A stretch of 64,000 nucleotides of DNA, taken from assembly GCA_905178155.1 (NCBI GenBank), contig CAJINV010000007.1:1457341-1521340 (forward strand). The letters run 5' to 3'. The notes under the pieces were generated by a model. The model saw only the letters and a list, made by a program, of their open reading frames with translations, was not told the DNA's origin and did no database searches. A program made the translations under genes and the position numbers. The DNA comes from Amoebophrya sp. A120. Its lineage: Eukaryota; Protista; Dinoflagellata. Shown one piece after another: positions 49,801-58,861 of the stretch. The stretch's first letter is position 1. Each line of letters starts with the position of its first letter.

Positions 49801-52800
49801 TCTGTGGAGTTAGAAGGGTGGACGTTGTGTGACCCGTGCTTAGAGTCCTTCGTGGCCTTCATTCCGGACTACAAGGAAAAAAAGAAAGTCGTGTACAGAT
49901 GAATAAAACCTATTTTCGTTGTTGGATGTCTTTGTTTGTCAACATGATACAACTGTATAAAACAAGGCGAAGCCTACTTGAACTTGATCGATCCCGATGC
50001 GCACAGGTTGGTGTCATGCAGCTTTGAGGCGTGATACCCATAATAGCATCATCAAGTAGACATGAAAGATCATTGAATAAGAGCAAAAAATAAAAACCTC
50101 ACAGCCCGATCCGCGAGATGCAGCCTGTGGCGAAGAAGTGCCCCGAGCACCCACAAGAGAATCTCGACCTCTGGTGTGACGAGTGCAACCGACCGGTGTG
50201 TCAGCTCTGCAAGGTCACCGGGGACCATTCCACCGGGGAGTTCAAATTGCACCACTTGACCTCTCTGCCGTTAAAGCACCACCAGGTGCAGATGGACTTG
50301 CAGCGCACGAAGAACCACTTCACCTTTGCGCAGTACCAACTGCAGAAACAGATCGACACGACGACGAAGCGGATCAAGAATGTGGAGGAAAACATCGAGG
50401 CGATGCTGAAGATGGTGCGACAGCAGTCGGAGGAGCTGGAAATCCAGATCAACAAGGCGGCGTTGGAGGGGCGCAACGAGCTGCAGTGCAAGCGGGGGAT
50501 TTTGGACGCCTTTCTCGGGCAAATCGACTACGCGCAAAACTTATCCTGTGCAAAAGTATCGTACTCGTACTAATCGCATTCATGCATTACAAATCTCATT
50601 CTCAAGGTAAATCCGCATTACAAATTTTATATCTCATGCGGGGGAAATTTGTCATGCGATTTATACTAGTACGATGCTTTTGCAATGCATAAAACTTCCT
50701 GGAGTACATTTCCGACCCGGTGAACCTGGATGGTGGGGAGTACCTGGAAATGGTCGACCAGTACCCGGTGCAAATGCAGCGACTGGTACGTGAACAAAGA
50801 TTGAAATTCAATCAATGTTTACTGTTTGACTTTTGTGTCAAAAAATTGACTGGCGTTTGTTTTGTTCTGCAGCGCACCAGAGATGATCCTGCTCCCTCAC
50901 TGCATATATAAGCACGCATGAGAAAGAACATCGAGCACTTCACTTCATTCCACAGTGTGCCGATCTCGGGTCTTCCAACGAGGAATACACCTTCGACGAG
51001 TCGCAACAGTACATCCCGGCTATGGCCATTGAAGGCGAGGTCGGCATTATCGAGCGGTGCAAGCCAAAATACATCTTCAAGAAGCAGCAGAAAAACGTCT
51101 TCCAAGCGGCAAATATCACGTCGTTTTTAAAGCGGGAAGTCATCAAGTACAGATATCTTTATTGTGATTTGACTGAACATGATGCAATAAATGCATGCGT
51201 AGAAAATGGCGTCCATTTTCATGCATCAACATCCAAATCCATGTCATCGAGTTCGAGTATCAGCATGCACATCATCAACGACTCCACCTACTCCCAGGAC
51301 GAAGTCTTCCCCGGTGACGCCTCTCCCGACCCTGGCCGCCCTAACGCCCGGGCCCGCGGAGAGCGCAGCCTTGCCATCGCCCCACCAGCCCATCAACCTC
51401 GAACCAAAACTGGAGTTGCGGGAATATCAGGAAAGTGTAACATCCGCGGCTCCACCAGCCCCTGTGGCGCCGGCGGTGCAGCAGATGCTGGGAAAGAAGC
51501 ATTTGAGCGTGATGTCATCGGTACAAATTGGGTATAGTTTTTTGTGAGTGTTGAAGCTGTTCTTGCAGCTCGCACCAGAATTCATTGGCCTGCTGAGCGA
51601 GCATGATGTTTGTCCATGCGAGTTGCTGAGTTCATCAACCATGATTATGAACTCACACAATACAGCTCCGGCACCATCCAAAGTACGATAGCAATCGTAA
51701 AACATACTTACTGACGTGGCGCGCGCAACTTGTTTTGCAGCGTTGCCAGCGACTGGCAACGCTCCTGGTGCGTCGTGGAATGCCTACAGCGATGACGCAA
51801 CTTGGTGCCCGAGGTGCGCCAGCTTGCGTCTGTCATCCCCCAGTAAATGGCGGCGAGGGGTGTGAGTGGAAATGGTCCGCGGGCAGATTTGGGGCCGGCG
51901 CTTTGCGCTGTATAATGTTGGCTCCCCCGGGTCGCCCAGCCCTGGTCGGTCTCTGTGGGCGCTGGCAGCCACGTTGTGATAAGTAGATGAGGCGCAACCG
52001 TGGGCCCCCTGCGTTTTTCCTTGCTGCAGGGGCCGCCTTTAGCGGATCCCCTGCGCACTCTAAGGCTCTGCTGCCTCTCGGAAGGGGGCGGCGCGCGACC
52101 CACGCGGCGCTGGCGCCTGGGGCGTGGTAAGTATTTTCCCGTTGCCGGGGCTCGTGCCGAACGCACGCGAGCCTCCCTCTGCCGGCGGGGGGCAGGCAGT
52201 GTGTGTTCTCTCCGTAGCAGCCCTCTAGCTGCCGCGCTGTGGTTTCTGTTTTTTCGCTCCCACCGAGAAAACCATGCGCATGCGTGGCGGCGCATGAAAG
52301 AACCACTGGAATTGGATATGCGGCGCACCGTGTCGGGGCCGGCGCGCTGTCCGGTCTCTCTGCCCGGAAAGCCAACACGGCCGGATTTCTGCGTTTCGGC
52401 AGGCCCCCGCATGCTTACCTTCGCTACTCCTTTCTTCGCCGACTACCGGCACACGCTTGCCGGCTTTTCCCTTCAATTTCCGCCGGCAATAGGCTATGAA
52501 CAACTGCTGCCCTATTCCGCTTTTTTCTGTTCTGCTTCTGTTGCGCGGGCGCGCGCCTTCAACGCGCACCAGCCCGGGTCCAGCGTCCCGATTCAATCGG
52601 CGAAACAGGTCAGGCCAAGGTGTTTCGCCGATTAAATCGGTGGCTTTTCGTCGAAACAGGTCGCGCGGAGGTGTTTCGACGTCGAAACACTTTCGCCCGA
52701 GCTGTTTCGGCGCTGGAATCGAGAAACTCGGCCTGGTTGGCTCTCGTCCGCGCAGCCTTTTTTTTCTTGGCCGGCCCCTGTTCCAGGCCCTTTTCCCAGG

Positions 52801-54918
52801 TGGGCACTAGCTCTGTGCGGGAGATCTGGCCGCGCCTGACAGACAGAGACAGACTCGCGCTGCCTCTGTGCGCCAAAGCGCCTCCCCGGTTTATTTTTTG
52901 AGTCACGGCATGATGTTTGTCCATGCGAGTTGCTGAGTTCATCAACCATGATACAGCTGATGATATGATACCGATAGTCAGCACAACGATGACACCAGGC
53001 CGCTCCGCTCTCCGCCCTGGGTCGCGACGGCATGCCAGTGACGGACACGACGAAGAACCCGCTGCTGCTGAACCGCATGCGGTCCTATCGGAGGGAAAAA
53101 TCCCCCCTCCCCATACTGAAAAGGCATGCTGCTAAAAATTTGTGATGGTGATTTGTGACCACAAATCCTATCTCTCTTGCAAGGGGGCAAATGCAAAGAG
53201 TCCGCCGCTTTATGACGGCGATTTGTAATGCTGTTGCGCCTACATCGAAGGCCTCTGCTATACTCAGCACCTATACAGAAACAGCCCTACGCAGGCTGAG
53301 GCTTTGCCTGCAGTGCCTCGTTGCAAGACAGAGCTGATTTGTGTACACAAATCGAAATCCAGCAACAGAAATTTTCGCTTCGATATGGGGAGGGGGGATT
53401 TTTCATTTTGATAGGTCCAACCCGATCCCCTATGACATCGAGCCGGTTGCGCACAGTAACCAGCAACTGGTCCCCGGGAATCCATTGCAAGCCGAGAACG
53501 TGTTTCTGCAGAAGTGGGAATCGAAAAAGCAGCGGAACTTGCTGAAGCAGAAGAGCAACCTCGTCGACGAGTCACCCGTGAAGAAAATGTTCTCCAACAT
53601 GCTCTTGGAAAGAAATAACGGGACCACAAACGAGCAACAGTTGCAATTTCTGCAGAACCAGCTGGACCCGGACCGCATTCCGATCTCCCGGCAGTATAGG
53701 AGGAACAACGACGAGTTTTTGTCTGCACCCGACCGGAAATTCGCGAACCTGTGCAAGAAATCGGTGTCTAGGGACACTGCGGACACGACAAGTACATCCA
53801 GATCTATTGGAATTCGACTTTTTTTTTCATCAGAGGATAGCAACAGACACAAGACAAACGAACAAGTGAGTTTAATACTAGCATGACAAAGTAGACTAAG
53901 ACGACAAATATCAACCATTCTATCAGTCGAAGAAGACGACATTGACTCGGAATCCTGGTGCGATTCCGCTGTGGACAATGATTATCTCCTGCAAAAGTAA
54001 AAGCGCTCGTACTAATCGCAAACATGCATGTTGGCACCGCTACCGTATCCAGCATGACAAAATACATATCTGTTCTCAAACAAATTTCTAATGCAAGCTA
54101 TAGCAATTGAATACCTTTATTCTAGCGCGATCATACTTTTGCAATGCATAATGATGGCAGCTTCACCATGCAGATTGGCAAAACCAAATTCCTGAACCCG
54201 ACGAAGCGGAACCTGTTTTCCGACAAGGAAGAGGCACTCCATCTCGTCGGAGAGGTATGGATTGCAAAAATGTCTGGGTCTGGAAGATTGCAAACTTGTT
54301 GGTTGGTTGGTTGGATAGCGCCTGTTGCCGGTGCAGGTCCCGCCCTCCATCGATTGCGATCCGGAGTAGCCGGAACACAAGGCCCTAGTGGCACAATCGA
54401 TCGACGAAGCCCTTTCTAACCGGGCACAATCGATCAACTTGTGATGCCGCGCATTTCAGAACACAGGAAAACTTCTCATGCATAGGCAGCAAAAGTTGCC
54501 CACTTTCTGTCACCAAAATTGGGGATTTGTGATGCAGATTCGGCATTGCGGACGCTTCTCGAAACCTGTGATGCTAGAGCTTCCATGCCAGACCTTCTGC
54601 GTCATGCAAAAACAGCGTGACTCTTCCAGACCCAGACACTTTTACACTTGATAAGAGGGACGGGCGAGCAAAAACGAGGAGGACTTTGAGACCTACAAGC
54701 CCTACGTCGCCAAGTTGCCGATTGCGAGCGTAACCGAACAGGTGGCGCCGACAAGCCACATCCCGGAGCCGGCGCAGTTCACCTTGGTAGTGGACAGCGG
54801 GACGCACAAAAAGAGGTACCGGCTCAATATCGTGCCGAAGGGGACTAGCAGTGGTGCAACGGCAAATCATGCCGCGGTGAAGAATGGCAGCAGCACAGCG
54901 ATAGTCGCAGCGGCGTAA
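46821..54918 (+). CDS. B-box zinc finger/coiled-coil protein with two IQ-like motifs and a degenerate PARP-like segment (~1318 aa, 14 exons)
   Basis: Exons 46821-47373, 47495-47546, 47702-47751, 48019-49142, 49427-49531, 49798-49892, 50105-50541, 50697-50785, 50956-51531, 52999-53085, 53419-53791, 53927-53982, 54156-54255, 54659-54918 total 3957 nt in frame. B-box CPEH..LWCDECNRPVCQLC..GDH; IQ-like AAQLIQLKFR and AATSIQRRFR. Confidence 0.78.
47547..47696. mobile_element. Introner E15, family E (150 bp)
   Basis: TIR tatgcaatgcaaaagcatcgtactagta / tacgagtacgatacttttgcacaggata; direct repeat tacct; removing 155 nt gives TGYL|APAR. Confidence 0.92.
47752..48013. mobile_element. Introner E16, family B (262 bp)
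   Basis: TIR tatcaaatgtaaaaatgtctgggtctggaag / cttccagacccagacatttttgcatttgata; direct repeat gcacc; removing 267 nt gives SLLH|QRMS. Confidence 0.93.
49143..49421. mobile_element. Introner E17, family F (279 bp, opposite orientation to E12)
   Basis: TIR tatcctacgtaaaaacgtccccacacca / tggggtggggacgtttttacacaggata; direct repeat tgtta; removing 284 nt gives KQVL|PLYT. Confidence 0.93.
49532..49792. mobile_element. Introner E18, family B (261 bp)
   Basis: TIR tatcatgtgcaaatatgtctgggtctggaagag / ctcttccagccccagaaatatttgcaatgcata; direct repeat ccgtc/tcgtc; removing 266 nt gives TDSV|WSVE. Confidence 0.9.
50542..50691. mobile_element. Introner E19, family E (150 bp, opposite orientation to E15)
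   Basis: TIR tatcctgtgcaaaagtatcgtactcgta / tactagtacgatgcttttgcaatgcata; direct repeat aaact; removing 155 nt gives YAQN|FLEY. Confidence 0.93.
51601..52952. mobile_element. GC-rich non-coding insertion (51646-52907) flanked by perfect 45-bp direct repeats, inside a GT-AG intron
   Basis: gcatgatgtttgtccatgcgagttgctgagttcatcaaccatgat at 51601-51645 and 52908-52952; removing it shrinks intron 51532-52998 to 160 bp, within the range of the other canonical introns here (107-237 bp). Confidence 0.75.
53086..53413. mobile_element. Introner E20, family A (328 bp)
   Basis: TIR tatcggagggaaaaatcccccctccccata / tatggggaggggggatttttcattttgata; direct repeat ggtcc; removing 333 nt gives RMRS|NPIP. Confidence 0.92.
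53983..54150. mobile_element. Introner E21, family E (168 bp)
   Basis: Ends tatctcctgcaaaagta / tacttttgcaatgcata; direct repeat atgat; removing 173 nt gives VDND|GSFT. Confidence 0.9.
54256..54653. mobile_element. Introner E22, family B (398 bp, opposite orientation to E18, with a nested 136-bp insert)
   Basis: TIR tatggattgcaaaaatgtctgggtctggaag / cttccagacccagacacttttacacttgata; direct repeat agagg; removing 403 nt gives LVGE|GRAS. Confidence 0.92.
54300..54435 (-). mobile_element. Short retroposon-like insert with a (CCAA)n tail on the minus strand
   Basis: 7-bp direct repeat aacttgt (54293-54299, 54436-54442); starts tggttggttggttgg; absent from the sister element E18. Confidence 0.65.
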
Positions 54919-55780
54919 CTTCTAGTGTACAGCTTGGGTGGTAGTTGAATGAAGTTGTCGTGGGGAATTTTTCAAGAAGGGAGGTGGCTTCGATGAGGAA
55001 TATTTTTGACAGTAGATTCTGATATAGAGTCACAGAAGGACCACGTCAAGTCGCTTTTAGGAGATCAGCATCAGTGATGTCAGCAGCCTTACGTGGTAAT
55101 TGCACAACTTCTGAGAGCAGGTGAGGACTTCGAGTTATCGAATGTCCTGGTCAGAACCGGAGAAAGATCATTGCCGCCACTGCAACCCTACTTCGAGGCG
55201 AAGATGAAACTACTACAAAACTACTCGAAAGGATCATGGAAGCCACAGCATCGCTGCCTTTCTATGTTTCAACAATTTTAGCTTACTATAAATTCCATCA
55301 CTACTAGACTAGACCCACTAGCAAATTAAATTGGATAATGTATGGTTCCAAACTACGCAACTTTTGTTATTCGTAAATTCTATCGGCTTGTTCACCATGA
55401 TCATAAGGATTGCAGCACATCATTAATTTCAGCTTCACTGTTGTTACAACTATGCGAGCTCGTGCCTTCGTATAATTCCATCCGTAGTGATGTTGCGCGC
55501 CGGCGTAGATGTACCTGTACCTAAGAACGCGGCATCATTGCTACGCAGCCACACGTGAAGTAGATTTGTTTTACGATACACAGCAACTGGACTACTGAAA
55601 AAAGCAGTGTACTACAGGCCTGTTGAGGCCTAGACGACAACATGGTGTTGAAACTACAAATGCATGCTAATAAGAACGCTGTACGTTGTTTCTGTTTCCG
55701 CGCGCGGCCCGCGACCAACATACTCTGAACAAAGTGAGTCGTGCAAAGCGCCATTCTCTTTTCTTGAATGAAAACGCCCT

Positions 55781-56937
55781 GTGTTTTTCTACCAGTCTCA
55801 CCACGCTGAACATGCAGCGAAAATACCAAATAAACAGGTTTCGCAGGCCGGGATCGGCTTGAGAATGTTCACCAAGGCGACGCAGTTTGGCAGCTACGCC
55901 GAGGCCACGGAAGTCCAGGCGGTTGCCAAGGGTCTGCTGAAGCAGAAGAAGGAAGGCTTGTTGGACGAGGAGGATGTGACGCAGGGCGCCGACTTTGCCG
56001 ATGTTGTCAGGGCCGTCGTGGACACGTTGAACAGACCCAGCGCGCGCGACGTCATCTCCCACCTGCTTGCGGAGGGCGAATCAAGGAGCAAGACTTACTA
56101 TGGCCACTACAAAGGCTGCACGGGCCCGAAGTTGCGCGACGTCCTTGGGCAGGCCGTCAACTGCTTGGTCGCCATCAATGTCCTCGCCGTCCAGCACCTG
56201 AAATTCACGGACAGTCGCCAGCGGCGCGTGGAATATGATGCCCTTTTTGTCCCCCTCCGGGAAGCAGCAGCGTCTTCGTCGAAGCCAGCCGGCAGGGGAC
56301 AAGGCAAAGCGCCAGCGGCGCAACCGCCACCACCAGCAGCTTCCTCCAGCCGCAGCAACCCGAACATCTCCGCGGACACCGGTGCCAAGAGTAAAAATGC
56401 CAGCGCGGTCATATCCTATGGAAAAGCGCACCCATTACAGAGTGTTTACCTACACCCGTGCTGTCATGGTCTAGGGAAGAAGTAGGCGCATCTTTGTCAT
56501 GTGTGTGGGCTCCTGAGTCGAGACATTGTTCTCCTTGCAGTCGGTATTCTTCAGAGCGGGACTCTGTTTGCATGAAGACTTCATTTGCAATTGCATCCCT
56601 AGTCTCCAAAAAGAGATCGCAATCTTTAGAGTGGGCGCTTTCTGTTGGAGGATACCGAAGCAGCAGCTCCTCAGTTGTCCCCGCCCAGGCGAAAAAGGCT
56701 CCGGCCGTAAGTGGATCCAGGGGTCCTGTGCTTCCAACGAGTTCAATAGGTCCGTTCGCGGCGGCCGGCTCCAGTGCCGGTACGTGTAGTAGTAGCGTAG
56801 TGCTTTTAGATTACTTTCCAGTAACTGTCTGTTGTAGCAGCAAAGAGCTTTTCCATCGTCCACACTCTAGCAGCACAATTTTCCAGGCTCAGGCGAATTT
56901 ATTGCGTGTGATAGCTTACCGGGGCCGCTCGATTTGC
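55781..56937 (+). CDS. Gene or gene fragment with a possible winged-helix (RQC-like) domain; start and 3' end unresolved
   Basis: GC3-rich ORF 55781..56485 continues after E23 plus 5 nt (SAV|SSSSSVVP) and a GT-AG intron 56780-56886. It has no clear start, and an acceptor-like aaataaacag lies near 55838. Confidence 0.5.
56412..56654. mobile_element. Introner E23, family G, decayed (243 bp)
   Basis: Ends tatcctatggaaaagcgcaccc / gtgggcgctttctgttggaggata; flanks ggtca/ccgaa differ, but removing 248 nt joins ORF 55781 to ORF 56458. Confidence 0.75.
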
Positions 56938-57159
56938 TATGCCGTTTGCAATGCAAATGTGTCTGGTATCGGAAATTAGCGAGCCTGGTCCTGCTGGTCT
57001 GTATTGCGAGGCCCCGAAGAGATCCTCTTGCTTGTCATGACAAAACGCCGCTTCTCATGCGGAGGACACGTGCAGCACAGAGTGGGGCTCGCTCGCATCA
57101 TGCGTCACAACTGTTGATGCAAACCAGCATATGGGGCGGGGACGTTGTTACTCAGGATA
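56938..57159. mobile_element. Candidate chimeric introner E24 (family B-like left end, family F-like right end)
   Basis: Left end tatg..tgcaaatgtgtctggtatcggaa; right end ggggcggggacgttgttactcaggata; no clean direct repeat; frame test ambiguous. Confidence 0.45.
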
Positions 57160-57667
57160 TGTGTGCTGGTTCGCTCGGGACTCAAGCAAAGCAGCAGGCC
57201 GGTTTTCTGACAGTTTGCCGAGAGAGACGGGTGAGAATCTCGCGTGGGGGTCTGGCCGCGCATTGGGTACGTACGCATGAGACGAGCCGACGACGCCGCG
57301 GTGGAGGCCCAGCAACAGCAACCTGGCGCAAGAATGGGGCGCAACGGTGGTGCGAGGCGCAAAGGCGTTGCTGTGTAGATTCTGCGCCAATTATTCTATT
57401 GGGCTTCGTAATCATCTTCCAAAAAATACAAATCTCAGGTAGTCCCCCGTGGAGTCGATGGATTGTCGCTGGGAAGCCTGACGCGCTTACGGAAGCAGAC
57501 TGCCGGTGGCGGAGTGGCACTGGGTCGCAGGGTCATAGAAGATGGCGCCCAGGTTCGACCGGTTCGTGGATAACTAACAGCACGACAGACCCTTCGCTCT
57601 GCCCACGGAAAGATCAGCAGCGGCGACACGACCGAGCACGACAACAAACTACGACCAGGCCAGATCA

Positions 57668-57820
57668 CGGATTCGATGCTGCGACGAAACTAGCCTGATT
57701 CCACTAGTCTGATTCCATCCGTAAACCTGATTCCGATACGCGGATTCGATAGCTTAGCCTGATTCCGTTAGTCTGATTCCATAGATAAGTCTGATCCCGT
57801 AAATGCTTTAGTCTGATACC
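57668..57820. repeat. Array of 7 CTGAT(T/C/A)CC motifs
   Basis: Copies start near 57695, 57709, 57727, 57759, 57773, 57791 and 57813, with a higher-order duplication starting cggattcgat at 57668 and 57741. Confidence 0.8.
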
Positions 57821-57898
57821 ATCGACGACCAATAAGAACGCTGTACGTTGTTTCTGTTTCCGCGCGCGGCCCGCGACCGACCAAAGCGTGCGCAAGCG

Positions 57899-57953
57899 CT
57901 CGCAAGAGCGCTTTGCGCGCGGGCTTGCCCGCGCGCAAAGCGCTCTTTGCGAG
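57899..57953. repeat. GC-rich palindrome, 21-bp perfect stem with TT loop
   Basis: aagagcgctttgcgcgcgggc-tt-gcccgcgcgcaaagcgctctt (57904-57947). Confidence 0.9.
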
Positions 57954-58727
57954 ATGCTCATCCATCGCAAACGCAGCGCGAAGGCTTTGCCGTTACCATA
58001 TGGGAGGAACTCGGGGGTATGCAATCACTGGAAAAATCGGGCGTTACCAAGTGTGTTTTGCCTTCAGAAAGCGGATCTGGCAGAATTGGTGGGAATTTTC
58101 CGGAAAGCAGCCAAAACAGCAATTACCAAGCGGGGAGAGCGTAAAAAAGAGCAGTTTTGCAGCTCCGCCCAGTCTGAATCTGAAAAAAGATAGTGGTATT
58201 TTAGGCTAGGGCCGATGGTGTGATGTGTTTTATAGCGAAAAACGCGTCACGTGCAGGCAGCTCCAGCCGCTTGGAAATTGAAAAAAAGCGTTGAAAAAAT
58301 GCAAATTTTCGCAGCATGCAAGCGGGCGAGAAAATTTACCGATTTTCTGCAGTCCCCGGAAGCCGCTTGGAAATTGAAAATGGCAATTTTTCCTGAAAAA
58401 GCAAAAGACGCTTGAAAATTGCCGCTCAAAAGTGGTTTTCAAATTTGTCCGGAGGCCCGTGGCACCGGGATTGGACGAGAAAAAAACAATTATCAAGCCT
58501 GTGGAGGTGTGTCCACCCCTCACGGTTTCCGACCTGTATGAGGTCCAAAATTGTGAGCCTCCTCCCGCTTGGAAATGCTCGATCTGGGTGGCCCAAAAGG
58601 GCTGCCGGAAATGGCGCGAATTGATTAACTTTTTAAAATTTGCGCATTTTTCCTGGCCAGCGTGCCCTCGTGCATAATGTTACTCGCGATGGTGTTCTGC
58701 TCGCCAAAAACCGCATTCTCTTGCGCG

Positions 58728-58861
58728 CCCTTGCTTCCTGGTTAGAGGATGAGAGCGCGGCCCGAAGCGGGCTGTAGTGTTGGACCGCGGCCCTTGGGCC
58801 GCGGTCCAAGAGTGGTGCCCGCGAGGGCCGCGCTCTCATCCTCTAACCAGGAAGTCAAGGG
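58728..58861. repeat. ~134-nt hairpin: 30-bp perfect outer stem, 14-bp apical stem, TT loop
   Basis: cttcctggttagaggatgagagcgcggccc (58734-58763) pairs with 58825-58854; apex ttggaccgcggccc-tt-gggccgcggtccaa. Confidence 0.92.

Noticed and set aside
51708-52901. ORFs of 100-234 aa inside the 45-bp-repeat insert
   Set aside because: Overlapping Arg/Ala/Pro-rich frames on both strands, as expected from high GC content; no motifs.
459-54653. Recurrent peptides in the ORF track (QICLGLE, KMSGSGR, KNPPSPYR, SIWGGGIF) as a repeated protein domain
   Set aside because: They are translations of introner TIRs, appear in different frames and strands, and vanish when the elements are removed.
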